DNA from: Microthyrium microscopicum
Lineage: Eukaryota
NCBI GenBank assembly: GCA_010405405.1
Contig: MU004231.1
Span: forward strand, 980,153-1,044,152
Reading direction: 5' to 3'
DNA: 64,000 nucleotides
In this document: positions 23,867-36,990 of the stretch, one piece after another
How positions within the stretch are numbered: position 1 is the first letter of the stretch
How the letters are laid out: each line of letters opens with the position of its first letter
Translations under genes and position numbers: made by a program
Notes under the pieces: model-generated
Database searches by the model: none
What the model was told of the DNA's origin: nothing
Seen by the model: the letters and a program-made list of their open reading frames with translations, nothing else

Positions 23867-25747
23867 ATGAGCGCTGACATCGTCGTTCAAGAGTGGGTTG
23901 CCCGCAGCGCCCAATTCAAGTCCGGAGACATGAAGGCTCTGGAATCTTCCTTCAAAGAGCTTGATGCCCACCTCACTCTGCGATCCTATATCGTTGGGTA
24001 TGGCCTGACTGAGGCCGACACTGCCGTATTCAAAGAAGTCAATGGCAACGGCAAAGCCAAATCGTTTGTTAAGCAAGGACTCTATCGTAATCTCACCCGC
24101 TGGTTCACTTATATCGAAGACACCAATCCAGATCTCAAGGCTTCTGCTCTTCCCATTCGAACCAAGGGAGCTACTGCTGTTGCTGGAGATAACTTTGAGA
24201 TTGGTCTACAGAACACCGAAAAGGGCGTCGTCACAAGATTTCCTCCAGAGCCATCTGGCTATCTCCATATTGGACACGCCAAAGCTGCACTCCTCAATGA
24301 TTACTTCGCCCACGAGAAATACAAAGGAACTATGATCCTACGTTTTGATGATACCAATCCTTCGAAAGAGAAAGAGGAGTTTCAAGATTCTATTGTCGAG
24401 GATCTAGCTCTGATGGGTGTCATACCTGATAAGCGCTCTCACACCAGCGACTTTTTCAAGGAGTTGTACGAATACTGCGTTCAGATGCTCAAAGAAGGCA
24501 CTGCCTACGCCGATGACACTACTCAGGAGGAGATGCGAGCTCAGCGTATGGACGGTCTACCAAGTGCTCGGCGAAACTCCACTCCGGATGAGAACCTAGC
24601 ACGATTTGCCGAGATGAAAACTGGAAGCGAGGAGGGCAAAAAGTGGTGCATTCGTGCCAAAATATCTGTCGACGATCCAAACAAGGCCATGAGAGATCCA
24701 GTCATCTACCGATGTAATCCACAACCACATCATCGCACTGGAGATACCTGGAAAATATATCCAACTTACGATTTCTGTTGTCCAATCGTAGACTCGATCG
24801 AAGGTGTTACCCATGCCCTACGTACCACTGAATACAACGACCGTGATCCTCAATACCAATGGTTCATCAAGACGCTCCGACTTCGTCCAGTGTATAACTG
24901 GGGTTTCTCTCGTCTCAACTTCATCCGAACCCTTCTATCAAAGCGTAAGCTCACCAAATTCGTCGACACAGGACTGGTATCTGGTTGGGATGATGCGCGA
25001 ATGCCTACCGTACGTGGGATCCGACGACGTGGCATGACCATTCCGGCGCTGCGTGAGTTCATCATCAAGCAAGGTCCCTCAAAGAGCATAAACCTCATGG
25101 ACTGGTCTGTCTTCTGGGCCACGAACAAGAAACAAATCGATCAAGTAGCTGCTCGCTATATTGCTGTTGACGAAGTAGACAAGGTCCCTGCTACCGTACA
25201 AGGTGTTGATAAGCCACACAGTGCAATGAAGGCACTACATGCCAAGTATAACCTTGGTGAAAAGAAAGTTTGGTTCAGCAAAGACATTATCCTTGATCAA
25301 GCGGATGCTGCAACTTTCGAACAGGATGAGGAGATTACCCTGATGAATTGGGGCAATGCGTACGTCCGCAGCATCACCAAGGATTCAGTGTCAGGAATGG
25401 TAACGTCCTTGGGCTTCGAGCTACATCTAGAAGGGGATGTCAAGAAGACAAAGAAGAAGATCACTTGGTTATCTGTAGACCAAGCATTGACTCCCGTGGA
25501 GATGGTTGACTTTGATCTACTAATCACCAAGGACAAGTTAGATGAGGACGATAACTATGAGGACTTTTTGACCCCTCAGACTGAGATACGTACCAATGGA
25601 TTGGCGGACGAGAATGTGCGTAATCTGAGGCTGGATGATATCATTCAAATCGACCGTAAAGGTTATTTCCGCGTCGACCAGGCGTATTCTGAGGCCCAGC
25701 CAGCAGTATTGTACAATATTCCAACTGGGAAAATGGCTAAGGTCTAG
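23867..25747 (+). CDS. GUS1: Cytoplasmic glutamyl-tRNA synthetase
   Basis: GST-like N-terminus, VVTRFPPEPSGYLHIGH, RFDDTNP, LLSKRKL; intronless 626 aa ORF. Confidence 0.97.
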   Translation: MSADIVVQEWVARSAQFKSGDMKALESSFKELDAHLTLRSYIVGYGLTEADTAVFKEVNGNGKAKSFVKQGLYRNLTRWFTYIEDTNPDLKASALPIRTKGATAVAGDNFEIGLQNTEKGVVTRFPPEPSGYLHIGHAKAALLNDYFAHEKYKGTMILRFDDTNPSKEKEEFQDSIVEDLALMGVIPDKRSHTSDFFKELYEYCVQMLKEGTAYADDTTQEEMRAQRMDGLPSARRNSTPDENLARFAEMKTGSEEGKKWCIRAKISVDDPNKAMRDPVIYRCNPQPHHRTGDTWKIYPTYDFCCPIVDSIEGVTHALRTTEYNDRDPQYQWFIKTLRLRPVYNWGFSRLNFIRTLLSKRKLTKFVDTGLVSGWDDARMPTVRGIRRRGMTIPALREFIIKQGPSKSINLMDWSVFWATNKKQIDQVAARYIAVDEVDKVPATVQGVDKPHSAMKALHAKYNLGEKKVWFSKDIILDQADAATFEQDEEITLMNWGNAYVRSITKDSVSGMVTSLGFELHLEGDVKKTKKKITWLSVDQALTPVEMVDFDLLITKDKLDEDDNYEDFLTPQTEIRTNGLADENVRNLRLDDIIQIDRKGYFRVDQAYSEAQPAVLYNIPTGKMAKV

Positions 25748-25898
25748 TCAAAGTACACAGGTCTTGCTTAGCTAAGAAATAGAGATCAATGAATCACCAA
25801 AATACTATTGCTCTCTCTGGCACTAACATAAATTTCGTTTCTTTCCCTAGATAGAATTATTTTTAGCTCACAAGTCGGTGCATCGCCGGAAGAGATCA

Positions 25899-27301
25899 CA
25901 GCCGGTGTACTAACTCACGGCGCAGGGACCAGGTAGCCCCTTTTTGCCTATTACTAACATAATTAGATTATTTTCAATTAATTATTACTTAACTAATATA
26001 GGTCGTAAACACTTTAAAAGATAAAAATATAATACTCCTTAAAAAGCTCATTTTATTAAAGCTCTTAAAAATAAAGAAAACTTCTCTTCTTTTAACGTTC
26101 TTTATAAATCTTAAAGAATTAAGATATTTATAGCTATAAGATGTTATTAAGCCTTAGAATTTAAATAACGAGGTAAAGATACCTATTAAAGTATAAGGAA
26201 ATAATCTATAAAGCTAGGAGTACCTAAATAAGTCTATAATAATAAGCTATAAGCTACTCTCAATTTGTTATATCCTCTCTATTAAATACCCTATAAAGTA
26301 ATACTCTTTCTTCTTAAAAAATAAGCCCTTTAAAAGTAATTTTTAGTAATTAGAGCCTATAGATATAAATATTAAATTATAAAGAAGATATCCCTTAAGA
26401 ATAAGAAGCTTTAGATTAAGTATAAAGAAAAATATAAAGATAAAACTATTATAGGCTTCTAAAGAGACGTTTACTTTATTAATAAGAGCTATTTTAATTC
26501 TCTTAATTTAGTAAACTCTTAAGATTATAAGATATTAAGGCTAGGTTATCCTAAGGATTAATTACTACTATAAGAACTTAATAAATCCTCTTTAAATATA
26601 ACCCTTTATATTATAAGAAGGGTATTCTATAAAAGAAAGGAATATTTTAGCTTTTATAACGATCCTACTAAACTAATTATTTTAAAGCCTTAAGTACTAC
26701 TAAAATTATAATAAAGAAAGGTAGAAATAGAAGAATAATTTAAATAATAATATTTAGACTATAAAGCATAGAAACTACTAAAGGTAGAGATAAAGCTAAA
26801 GAGCAACTTAATAATATAGAAATTCTATATTAAAAAGATTCTACTAAAGTATACTAAAAAGATAAAGGCCCTTAAAAAGAAGTATAACTATTTAATTTAG
26901 TTTTAAGAGAATAACGATCTAAGTTATAGAATAAGGTCTAAAAAGAATATAGTAATTACTTATAAAATATAAATAGGACTCTAAATTATTACTTATCCTA
27001 CTTAATCGCTAAATCTTAATCTTATAGAAGTAGTTTAGAATATTATAAAGAGTAAATTACGTAGTAAAAGCTTCTTAAACGTTAATAAATTTAAAGCGAT
27101 AGTTTAAGCTAAATAGTAACGAATAATAATTATAGAAATTCATTATTAAATCTTAGAAATACCTTAAAGGTATATTAATATAATAAAGTAAGAAGAAGAG
27201 CGTTTAAAGTCTTCGTTATAGTAATATTTAATTTTATATAGAATATAATATATTAATTTTTAATGTTGTGGCCCCTACGCTGTAAGTTAGTACACCGGCT
27301 G
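25899..27301 (+). mobile_element. RIP-degraded Tc1/mariner DNA transposon with about 32 bp TIRs
   Basis: Left end CAGCCGGTGTACTAACTCACGGCGCAGGG versus right-end reverse complement CAGCCGGTGTACTAACTTACAGCGTAGGG. Near 26995-27060 the translation YPT*SLNLNLIEVV*NIIKSKL is a RIP form of the Tc1 motif P.QSPDLNPIE.VW. TA follows the right end. Confidence 0.85.
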
Positions 27302-28477
27302 TAAGATCATAATATTCTTAGTAAAGTCCTTGCTATTAATGCTCTAGAGATTCCCTACGCATCATAATTAGGCTATGTGTATAATATAAGTATAGTATAA
27401 GAACGAACTTTAATAAGACGGACAATTGATAGCTTTAATAGACGTTCATGCGTTTATAGGACATAAAAGACTTCTACTTAGTAATTAGAAGCAACTACTG
27501 ATTAGTATTACTAGATTAAATAACAAGCTAGGCTTAATGGGTGAGCTTGCTTACAAACAACTAACAAAACTATTATTAGATTAGATACTACGTTACATAA
27601 GTTCTACTAAAGAGTATAGCTATTTATAAGATAATCTTAGAGAATTAGCAAGTGAAGGACATCGTAGGTAGTTAGTTAGCAACACTATATAAGTTAATAA
27701 TTAATACGGTATTAGTAAGGGTAAAGTAGATTTCAAAGGATTAATATAGTTATAGCGGAAGATACACGGGGACAAAGTACCCTTATATAGTGTCCATTTC
27801 TATTTTAAGACGTAAGTTACGCTAAGGTATAACGTAAGCCGTTAGTAAGCAACTCGAGCTATAGCTAAGTACTTATAAGCTCGCTATAAGCTAACGTAAG
27901 CCAATGTGATTATACTTAATCTAAGCCTAAGCCGCTCTAATTATGCCTGATTTTCTCTCTAAGCAGTATGAAAAGGGTCTAAAATTAGGCCCTAATTAAC
28001 TCATACAGATATGAGGTGTTACAGACTAACTAGTCCCATTTTCGAACCCTAATTATCCGTAGCTTAGCTCTTTAACCCCCTATACTAATAATACTTTCTA
28101 TTAATCTATAGTTCTTAATACAGCTTAAATAATTTAATTTATATATTTACTAAGTAGTATATAATAATTTTTACAGCTTTTATAGAGTAGAATTTAAAAG
28201 GTTTTAAATATCTATCTTTAATTAAGTTATAAAGAGACTTTACGTCGAAAAACTATTAGCTTACTAAGTTATTTTCATTTAAAGCCCCTAAACAGAAGTA
28301 ATAATAGCTAAAGTCTCCCTAAGCCTAAGGTAAGGTTAGTCTATTCTATTCTTACTAAAGGCAAAGCTTCCACTAAGTAGATAAGAAGGAATTACTAATG
28401 ACTAGACGAGGATTGCGAGTAATAACCTTAAACAAAACATTACTATAAAGGAGGACCCGCTACCGCCACCACTAAAG

Positions 28478-28745
28478 ACTAACGAGTTGTTTAATAATAT
28501 GCCTTCCGAGCGAGTCAGAACCATATATTACAGGACGTCTATCGTCATTAAAGCCACTATGAGGGCGCGGGTTGTTTAATAATGCGCCTACTAGGCGAGC
28601 TAGAGCCATACATTATAGGACGTCTATCGTCGTTAAAGCTACAACCAGAGAGCGTCTCTCAGACTAACGAGTTATTTAACAAGGCGCCTACTAAGCGAGC
28701 TAGAGCCATATATTACAAGACGTTTGTCGTTATTAAAGCTACGTT
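28478..28745. repeat. Three-copy direct repeat with a core of about 72 bp (periods 85 and 100 bp)
   Basis: Core TT(G/A)TTTAA..A..CC...GCGAG..AGA.CCATA.ATTA.A.GACGT.T.TCGT..TTAAAGC begins at 28487, 28572 and 28672. Confidence 0.85.
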
Positions 28746-29640
28746 TAAGAAGTCATAAGCTCTTAGTAATATCCAGGGGTAAGCTAGAGATCTTTGATTA
28801 AAGAATCAATCCTTTAGTAGAGGTATGTTGGCTATAGTAGAGCGGGGCTATATAAGAGACTAGTAGGTTGCATTGTACTATATATATAGGGTTAAATTAT
28901 GCTTACTAGAAAAAGAAACGTTAGGATATAGTTCTAGCAAGCGCCTTTCTACTACCTAAACTATGACGTAAGCAGGGCATAATGCTTAACAAGCATGGTA
29001 TAGGCAGCTAGTGCTAGCGGACCTTTAGAGCGTAACCTAATAGTGGAATAACTGCGTCTTCTGCGCAAGCTGAATGGATACAAGACTCCTAGTACCCCTA
29101 TGATGATAGCTCATCTATAATAGGTTGCTTATCCGTGCCAGCATGTCTAGGCGCTTGATGAGACTAAAGACTGCATCCACGTAGCACAGTTACTACCTAG
29201 AGACTATAACTAGGTAGCTATATATTCATGCGAGCATGCTATGCTAAAGCTGGTGTACAATGCCCTACTAGTAGAACTAGTTCTCCTCTAAAAGTGCGTA
29301 TAATATTCCAAAGAAGGGACATAGACGGCATACGGCAGCCTAATGTGCTAATTAAGCTATAGTAATCCTAGGTGCTTTCTTGAAGCCTACTTCGTTCTCC
29401 TTGCTCTTCTCTAGCCATTCCCGCAGGCATTTCTATGTCCGATGGTAGTAGAGATCTAGAAGCAAGTTGACTCATAGATATATTATTTAGGAACGGAGCC
29501 TATTTAGTTGAGATGGCGTAAGCTTAGATATTATTAGACTAATTGTGCTTCAGCGGTTTTCTATTAGTGAAGTGAACGCGTTACTATTACTTAGTTTTGG
29601 AGTAAGAGTCACATGCGCAAATGTGGTAATAGCTGCCAGA

Positions 29641-31833
29641 ACTACTCGTCTTCACCAGTACGTGCACGGACCCACCTCCTGCACCATTAACTTTGTAAGC
29701 ACTTAGAAACTTTCTAAACGCGGAACTTTACATCTACGCTAGCAAATAACACTAAATTTTGTAATTAAATTAATCTAAAAGTAATCTTTTAGTTTTGCTA
29801 ACATACGCAATTAGAAAGCCACTGTAAAGGCTTAGCGTTACGCTTTAGTCTCCCACTCGGGTGTTTCGCATCACTACCTTCCTTTTCTAGTATAGCCGCA
29901 ATAGGCTCAAATGAGGCTTTAATCTTTGCCCTTAATTAACGCTTCTAGTCTTTTTTATAGTGTTGAGCTTCCTATTAGAGCTATTTACTTACATCTCGAG
30001 TATTTTTTAAGGCTTTGCGTTTGGCTTCCTATTGGAGCCATTTAATACGACGCTGTTTAGCAGTAATTGCACGTTCAGCCTTGCGCTGTTCGGCCTCAGA
30101 AGCCTTTCGAGCCTTTAATTGCTGCTATTGCTCCTTTTTAAGAGCCTTTTGAGCCTGTTCATCTACCTTGTAATCTTCCTCCTCTTGTATAAAGGCCTTC
30201 GCTTAATGTATTTTGTTTGGGCTATAAAAGACGGCCGTATTAGTTCCATTAGGGCACAGAATCAGATCTAACTTGTTGCCTTTCCTTTTACGTCGCCTTT
30301 CTTTTGCTAGGGTGCCTTAGAGACCTTCGTTTTCAATCTTCATTAGCGCTAATTTAATACTAAGATATTCAACGGTATTCTTCAACTTAAGGTTCGAATA
30401 CTAATTAGTAATCTAGTTTTCCCGAAGGATATTATTAAGTGCCCGTTTCACTAGCGCTAATATCTTCTTCTAATTATTATCTAAGATTGTAGAGACTCTA
30501 GAATGATTCAATAATGGCCTAGAGGCTGCCTTTTGCACCAGGTGTTGCGTCATCTCCTCCGGATTGAATGGCTTCAAGCCTGCTTTCCGCTAGGAACTCT
30601 CGATATTCGATTGAACGAATGCTTTCTAATAGGCTTCGTGAAATAAACCCCAAAAGTCGCGTTTGGTGAGGCTTGAATGAGAGTATAATGTTACCATCGC
30701 TACATTAATCTGCTAAGAATAATAAGTTCCTAAAGGCGAGAATAGGCTCAGATTAAGTAGCTGTAACCAATGTGTTGAATGCAGAGAGAATCGTAGTACG
30801 AGAATGCAATTATTAGCACACTATTCTAAGAATTGCATCGTTAAATAGCTTCCGTAGCTATCAAGGAGCAGTAAACGCCATTGCAACCTATTTGTAGCCT
30901 TCCCTTTAGTGTATTAATTAAAGACCTAAGTTAACTAATTGAACCTAATTTCGTTATTCGTCTAGCCGTTTTCAGAGGTCGTTATTATTGCCGAATGCTT
31001 TATTATATCCAGATTATTAAACTAGGTGGACTGAACGCTTCCTAATAGCGCCTTATAGATTAATGTTAGTAGAATTACTAAACCATCTATGCAGATGCAT
31101 CCGATGCATGTTATCTACTTCCTACTACTATCTTAATAGGCTCTTTTCATTTCATTACTTTCCTAGACTCTTTTAGAATAAATACGCTTCGTCGTATTAA
31201 GAATTCTTATTAGAAAGCCTTTTTCATCTATATTATAGATGTTTTCATCCGTTATCTTGTATTTAAGTATCTGTCCGCGCACCTGTAGCATATTAGCCAG
31301 ATCGGGCAGTAAAGAGAAGCTGTAATACTATCTCAAAGTAGCTCTTAATTGCAGGGTTTCTATTAGCGCTAATACGATTGTTATCAGCGCCTTTGAGATA
31401 GCCAGTTTTAAGCTTAATGCTGTTAGCCTTAGTCTATCTCGCAACCCAGTTCTTTCCAGGCTACTTACTAGTAATCTCGTAAGCAAAATTCCTCACTATT
31501 ACTAGCGTTAGTAGAGTTCCTCGCCTCGTTAACTAATTAATAAAGGTCATAAGGCTCTTAGACTACTCGTTAGTAAGGAATCGTCGCTTTGACTAGGCAT
31601 CGCGTATACTTGTTATTTGGCCTCGAACGCGTCGGGAAACCGTACTCTAATATAAATTAGTCAGCCTGCCCAATTAGGCGTAATTTACGCTTTTTGTAGG
31701 AGGAGATGCACGTAAAATTACGTTAAGAGCATCCATAATGCGTAAGCTATAAGGTTTTTAGTTTCTATACGCAGAGTAATCTTTATAGTGCAAGAGGTAG
31801 GTCCGTGCACGCGGTAGTAAGAACGAGTAAGTA
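29641..31833 (-). mobile_element. RIP-degraded pogo/Fot1-family (Tc5 HTH + DDE_1) DNA transposon
   Basis: TIRs share CGTGCACGGACC(C/T)ACCTC(C/T)TGCAC (29660-29684 versus 31788-31812). The minus-strand transposase remnant has ENIYNIDEKGF, WRLLLLDSYGSY and HSTHWLQLLNL, many RIP stops and a probable intron near 31283-31330. Confidence 0.9.
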
Positions 31834-32215
31834 GTAGGGATAAAGGCCCGTGCGCTTCGGTATCCAAATGGCTTGGCGCTGTCGTTAGGTTTTGTTATAT
31901 ATCTTACTTTTGCGCTAGATAACTCTGCGACAAAGTCTTAAACAACATAGCTACTCGTTCGAAGCTTATAGTCGCCTAGCAAAGACTACCTATGCTATCC
32001 TTAGAGAATAAAAGTATATATGTACCTTGTTGTGCGATGCTTTTAAGTATGTTCTAATATCTCGAAGCGTATTCTAATAACTATAAACATCCTGCCCGCC
32101 TCTGAACCTCTCGTATTAAGAGGACTTTGGCGGTTAAGAAAGAGTCTATAGTTTAGATAGATAAAAAGCAACAAGAGGCAAGCGTGCGATAGCGTCTATT
32201 ATTATTAGAGATCTA

Positions 32216-33801
32216 ATGGTACGCAGGAACAAGCCGTAGAGGGTAATTCATTATAAAGAAACTTACGCCCCTGAACTAATAATCGCACTTAAACAACTAT
32301 ATCCTTTACTTAGAAACTAGAGACGTGAAAGTAATCTTAAGAGGCTAAAGCTAAGTAAGTTACTGACTTTAGACAATCTAAACGGCCTTGTAAACTTGTC
32401 TAGTAACCTATACGGGTCTAGCAATTCTTGGGGGGGAAGTGACGCCTAAATATTATAGAATCTAGCATAACTAGTGCTTCTCGTAAACGGGCGCGACGCA
32501 ATCCTACCAAAGCTATTGTTAGTAGCTTAGCTGAATAAGAGGAGGTAGAGGACATCAACGGCTAGAAAAATCCTATACTGTACTAGATAAAGATGGAACA
32601 CTGGCCTAAAGGATACTCTAAGTAGAGTAACAACAATATAAGTTATCTACTTGCCAAGCAGAAGTCTTTAGGCTCCTTTCGCTAGAAGCAATCTATACTA
32701 GTCTTTGCTAATCTAGCTTCTATCGCGACGAGCTCTATTACGCTAAGCTTAATAATACCTAGCGACTAAAAGCTACGAGAAGTTAAGAGCGCTTTTTACT
32801 AAGATCCACGTTATGAGACTTTACTTACGACGAAGGGAAGCTTTATAATTAAATCCAACCTTAACGTTAATAACAGAAGTAAGACGCTTTGCCGCTCCTT
32901 ACTCAAGAAGGAGCAAACCGTTCATAAGTAGTCTTTGTTTTATAATGACCTCTTTAAGCAAACCTTCTAAAAGCTTTAGAATTAGAATGAAGCCAGGATT
33001 ATTTAAGACATTAGTTAATTAATCGTACCTTTAGTGGAAGCCCTAACAATATATAGAGCTAAGCATCTAAAGGTCTTAATCGAAAGTGTTAATGAAGGCT
33101 AGAATAACTTCTTTCCCTTAATAGGCACGCGTCTACAGCCTAACTACTCTATAGGATTTAACTAGGAAGTATTTACTAACGAGCAGCTTAATAAGCTTGC
33201 CCTATTTATTAACAACTTTATCTCTAGCGATTAGTTGTACTTTATAGCTACGTACTATATATACTTCCTATTCCTTACTTATAAGATAAAGTGTGGTGCT
33301 ACAGCCCTTAATATTACAGACTAACAGAATACCTATAATATAATACTTACGTTAAGAGCTACTATTAAGCTCTTTAGACTCGTTAGTTGTAAGATAGAGC
33401 TTTATTAAAAGATTCTCGCCTTCGCAATCTCGCACGACTATAGATTAGTAAGAATCTATAGACACTACCTAATTATTAATAGGAAGAACACCAAGTACTA
33501 CTACCATCTAATCTATAAGTTTAGCTTTATAACTCTAGATAGAAAGAAGAAATAGACAGCATATAAGTTCACTAAGAACGTCTATAATATATAGATGCCG
33601 AATTACTTTAAACAGCTATATTTAACTATAGATTAAATCCTAGTAGATCTAAACTTTAGCGTTGCATAACTTTCCTAGAGTTTCAAGCTTTTAGAAGACC
33701 TTTAGCGCTATAATCTTTCAGGATTAAGCCAGCCTAATTCTTAATTATAAGGAAATAGTCAGCAAAGTACAGGCGGTGCAAGGAAGTCCACCCCTAATAC
33801 C
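32216..33801 (+). pseudogene. RIP-inactivated fungal protein of the family I recall as DUF7924
   Basis: Reads NEARII*DIS*LIVP...LIESVNEG*NN...RLQPNYSIGF...FLTYKIKCG..ALNITD*QN...FAISHDYRLVRIYRHY; stops fall at expected W/Q/R codons. The family name is from memory and the start is approximate. Confidence 0.7.
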
Positions 33802-36670
33802 TCTTTTACTAGCTGAGGCGTGCTGAAGAGACCTAGGAAAAGGCTTACTAAAGGACAGTAGTATAAATTAGGTAAAGATTATATATAATAATTTATCTAG
33901 GCATTTAAATAACTTAATTTACTTCCTATTTTATAATACTACAAGCGCTCTAGCAAATCTAGACAACTTCTCTATATAGATATTAATATTAGCTAAAGTA
34001 AGGCTATTAATATTCTCGCTTAGCATTAGTAATGTTTTTCATATGCTTTAATAAATTACTTTCTCAACGTAGTCCTCTTCTCGTTCTAGCCTTAACAAAA
34101 TATATTACACCTTGCTTATATACTATTATATCGCGTTTTCTCTTTTTGCCTACCTATTAATAAGTTAGCCTAATAATAAGCTAGCTCTTACGTTTACCTC
34201 TACTGCCTGCTTCTAGAGTATATACGTCCTCTAGATCTTCTTCGGTATTATTAAAGGAAGCCGCTAACTACAGAAGAAGGGACACTAAACTCTCAGCACC
34301 CTTAAAGTTGGTTACAGCGTCGGTGCCTAGTACGTGAGTCGAGCTTACTCATATTAGTTACTAGGGATATCTAATCCTGAATAGGAGTATTAACTTTTCG
34401 TTCTCGGATGCTTGTTCGTGGTGAGGATAGTTCTGTAGGCATTCGAAATGCGGAAAACAGTGTCGGTGATTGGCTGGAAGGGACAAAATTGTCCGGTGTG
34501 TTACAGCCGTCTGGGGCTGAACATGATTGGAGCATACGGCTCCGATATGACTGGCTAAGGAAGTTAGCCTAACTGACTGCTACAAAGTGCGAAAGTGGCT
34601 GAGGGACTCTTGTCGCATTCGTGGAATGCGATAAAGGCGACAGGGGCGCTGTCGCCACCTTCGCTGTTATCGCTACAGCATTTCGTATGTCTATATAACG
34701 GCCTTAGCACTCATTGCTTGTTGAACTATAGTTCAACTATCTAGTTATCCATTTGCTAGTACGATACATTCTACGCTTCATCGGAAGCTCTACTTAGAAT
34801 CATACGGGCATAGTGCTCAAGACCTATCTCTGTCTCTTAAGCCTTTAATAAGCACCTGCTTCTAATCTCCCTTTCAGTACAATAACCCCGATAAAGTGAT
34901 TCGTTTTGTAACCGCTATACTCCTTTGGAGCATAGTTTGTAACACGGTGCATCATGGAGCGGATCTCGGACGGCTGTCTCTATTTCACACCCCCCTTTGG
35001 CTGAATGAGCACTGAAAATACTGTAGCATCAACAGCCTACCGATAAGCCTCTACATAACGCAGCGACCGCAGGCGATAATCCTTGAGACGGGACTTTATA
35101 CGTCAAATCGCTTTCTGCTATAACAGGTAGTTTTGCCAGCAGCATTACACATGGATGAGTAGTGTTCAACCATTACTACTCATTATTTGCTTGCGTGTCA
35201 CAATCAATTAGATGATCGTGTGCCATTAGCTATGGTCCTAATCCTAGTAGAAGGCTGCGGGTACTGCTCATCTATCAAAACAACCTCGGCCAATTAGATA
35301 CTATCTCAACCTCGCTATCTTGGGAACTCGTTCTTAATACTCCCTAGCCTAGCACTATACTTATACCTCATTACGGTCCGCCTCTACCGTTTCAAGACCC
35401 CATTCCTTCTCTATTGTTAGCACAAAAATGCCGTTATACCGCCATTTTATCAATTAGCTCTTGCTCAATCTACAAGCGACTAAATCTCACCTTCCCGAAT
35501 TATTATTTTAAATTTTTCTCCTAGTGCCTACTACAATCACAATAGCTAGAACAGGAATCGAAGGAAAACGAGCGACTAGCACAAAGACAGTAAATGCTAC
35601 GAAGAAACTCAATCAGCGCCGCACAATGCAAGGTGTAGCTAAGCCAAAGAGACCCAGAGGCAGATCGACTCACCTAGAAGAGTGTAGTTGCAAATGGTCG
35701 ACCGATGTGTCGTTTTGTTTGAGGTAACGGCGATCTACTTGAAGGCTTTTGTAGTTTCTTCCCGTTGTGTTGTATACGAGAGTGGTTAGCGGCCGTCGCT
35801 GCCGGCACTATGCTTAATTAGGACGTACAGTATATTATACCACTTTTTGCGACTAGCGAAGACAGGAAATGGCTTTTCTCTCGGATTCTAGCGATATAGA
35901 AGGTAGAAGTCACGCCGCTAGATATGTAGACTCATAGATCCTCGTTATGAACGGCCCCAATCGTCTTGAGGCGCCTGTGCTGGTTCTGCTTGCCTTCCTG
36001 TGTTGTAAATATTGCCGGGATATGGCAGGTCGGCTCCTCTATGACTTGAAAGGTAAAAAGGTTAGAGATTGGAACTGCACGCCAGTAGCCATCTTATGTC
36101 AGTATGTAGTGGCCAAGGGGCATATCAATGAGGGTGCGGAGGTGGCACTCAGGCGAGTAGCCGTTAAGTAAGGCCTCGCGGCTCTTGTTAGCGGACTGCT
36201 CGCATTTTCAGTGGGCGTTTTGATGCTATAGCAATTTTACGGAACTTGCGGGCGTTCTTACGGGTTGATGGGTGCGTGTCCATTTCTATCGCCTTCTGTG
36301 CCTGACAGAGGTTCGCTAGGACGGACACATAGCTCTGTATGCCCGTGAGACACGCAGCTACAAAGTAAAATCAGGGAGGCGCCTCTCTCCCCAAGACGCC
36401 TTAGGATAATAGCCTACTAGTGGTCCGCTGTAGGGTCAGCCGGTGGCGGCGAGTAACGCAGGCGCCGCGACGAGGTGGCGCCGTGAATATACAGCCATCT
36501 TGAGAGGACTTGGTGCTATGGTGGATAATAGACGAGAGTTGATTAACTTATTCCATCTTCGCTAACTAATAAGCTGTCTTGTTCCCTAGGGTCTTGGCCT
36601 CGCCGCCGTGGCAGGGGCAGGGGCACCCTAATAGTTTCCATCGAGCTTAACCACGGTCCAAAGTGGAGCC

Positions 36671-36712
36671 TCGGCGACCTTGTATCGGCGACCTTGTATC
36701 GGCGACCTTGTA
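36671..36712. repeat. Perfect 14-bp tandem repeat (TCGGCGACCTTGTA) x3
   Basis: Read directly; about 280 bp upstream of the ABCG start. Confidence 0.95.
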
Positions 36713-36990
36713 TTGACGGCCCCAAGAATTTTCGCATCCAATTAGCTCCTCGAAATCGCGTCGATCTTGGCTCTTCAGACAGCTGTTCAACCGTCGGTCC
36801 CTCCCGTAGGCTTTTCAATTTAAGCTACGACACCGAATGGACTAACTCTTCGATTATGATATAAGTAGTGTGGCCATCGACAAGATAGGGATTCTCCTAT
36901 CTGCAAACGGAGTTGCCTCCTCATTGCAATTATATTCGTATATTTTTGTCTTCGTGTCGAGGAATTGTTTAATACATAAAGTCTTTTAAG

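Noticed and set aside
187..25536. Numerous short antisense or overlapping ORFs in the ORF track
   Set aside because: They are shadows of the annotated genes with no independent motifs.
28478..28745. CRISPR-like repeat-spacer array
   Set aside because: Eukaryotic DNA, only three degenerate repeats of about 72 bp, spacers short and unequal, no cas genes.
34636..34680. Helitron 3' terminal hairpin
   Set aside because: No CTRR end at the expected distance and no Rep/helicase remnant recognised.
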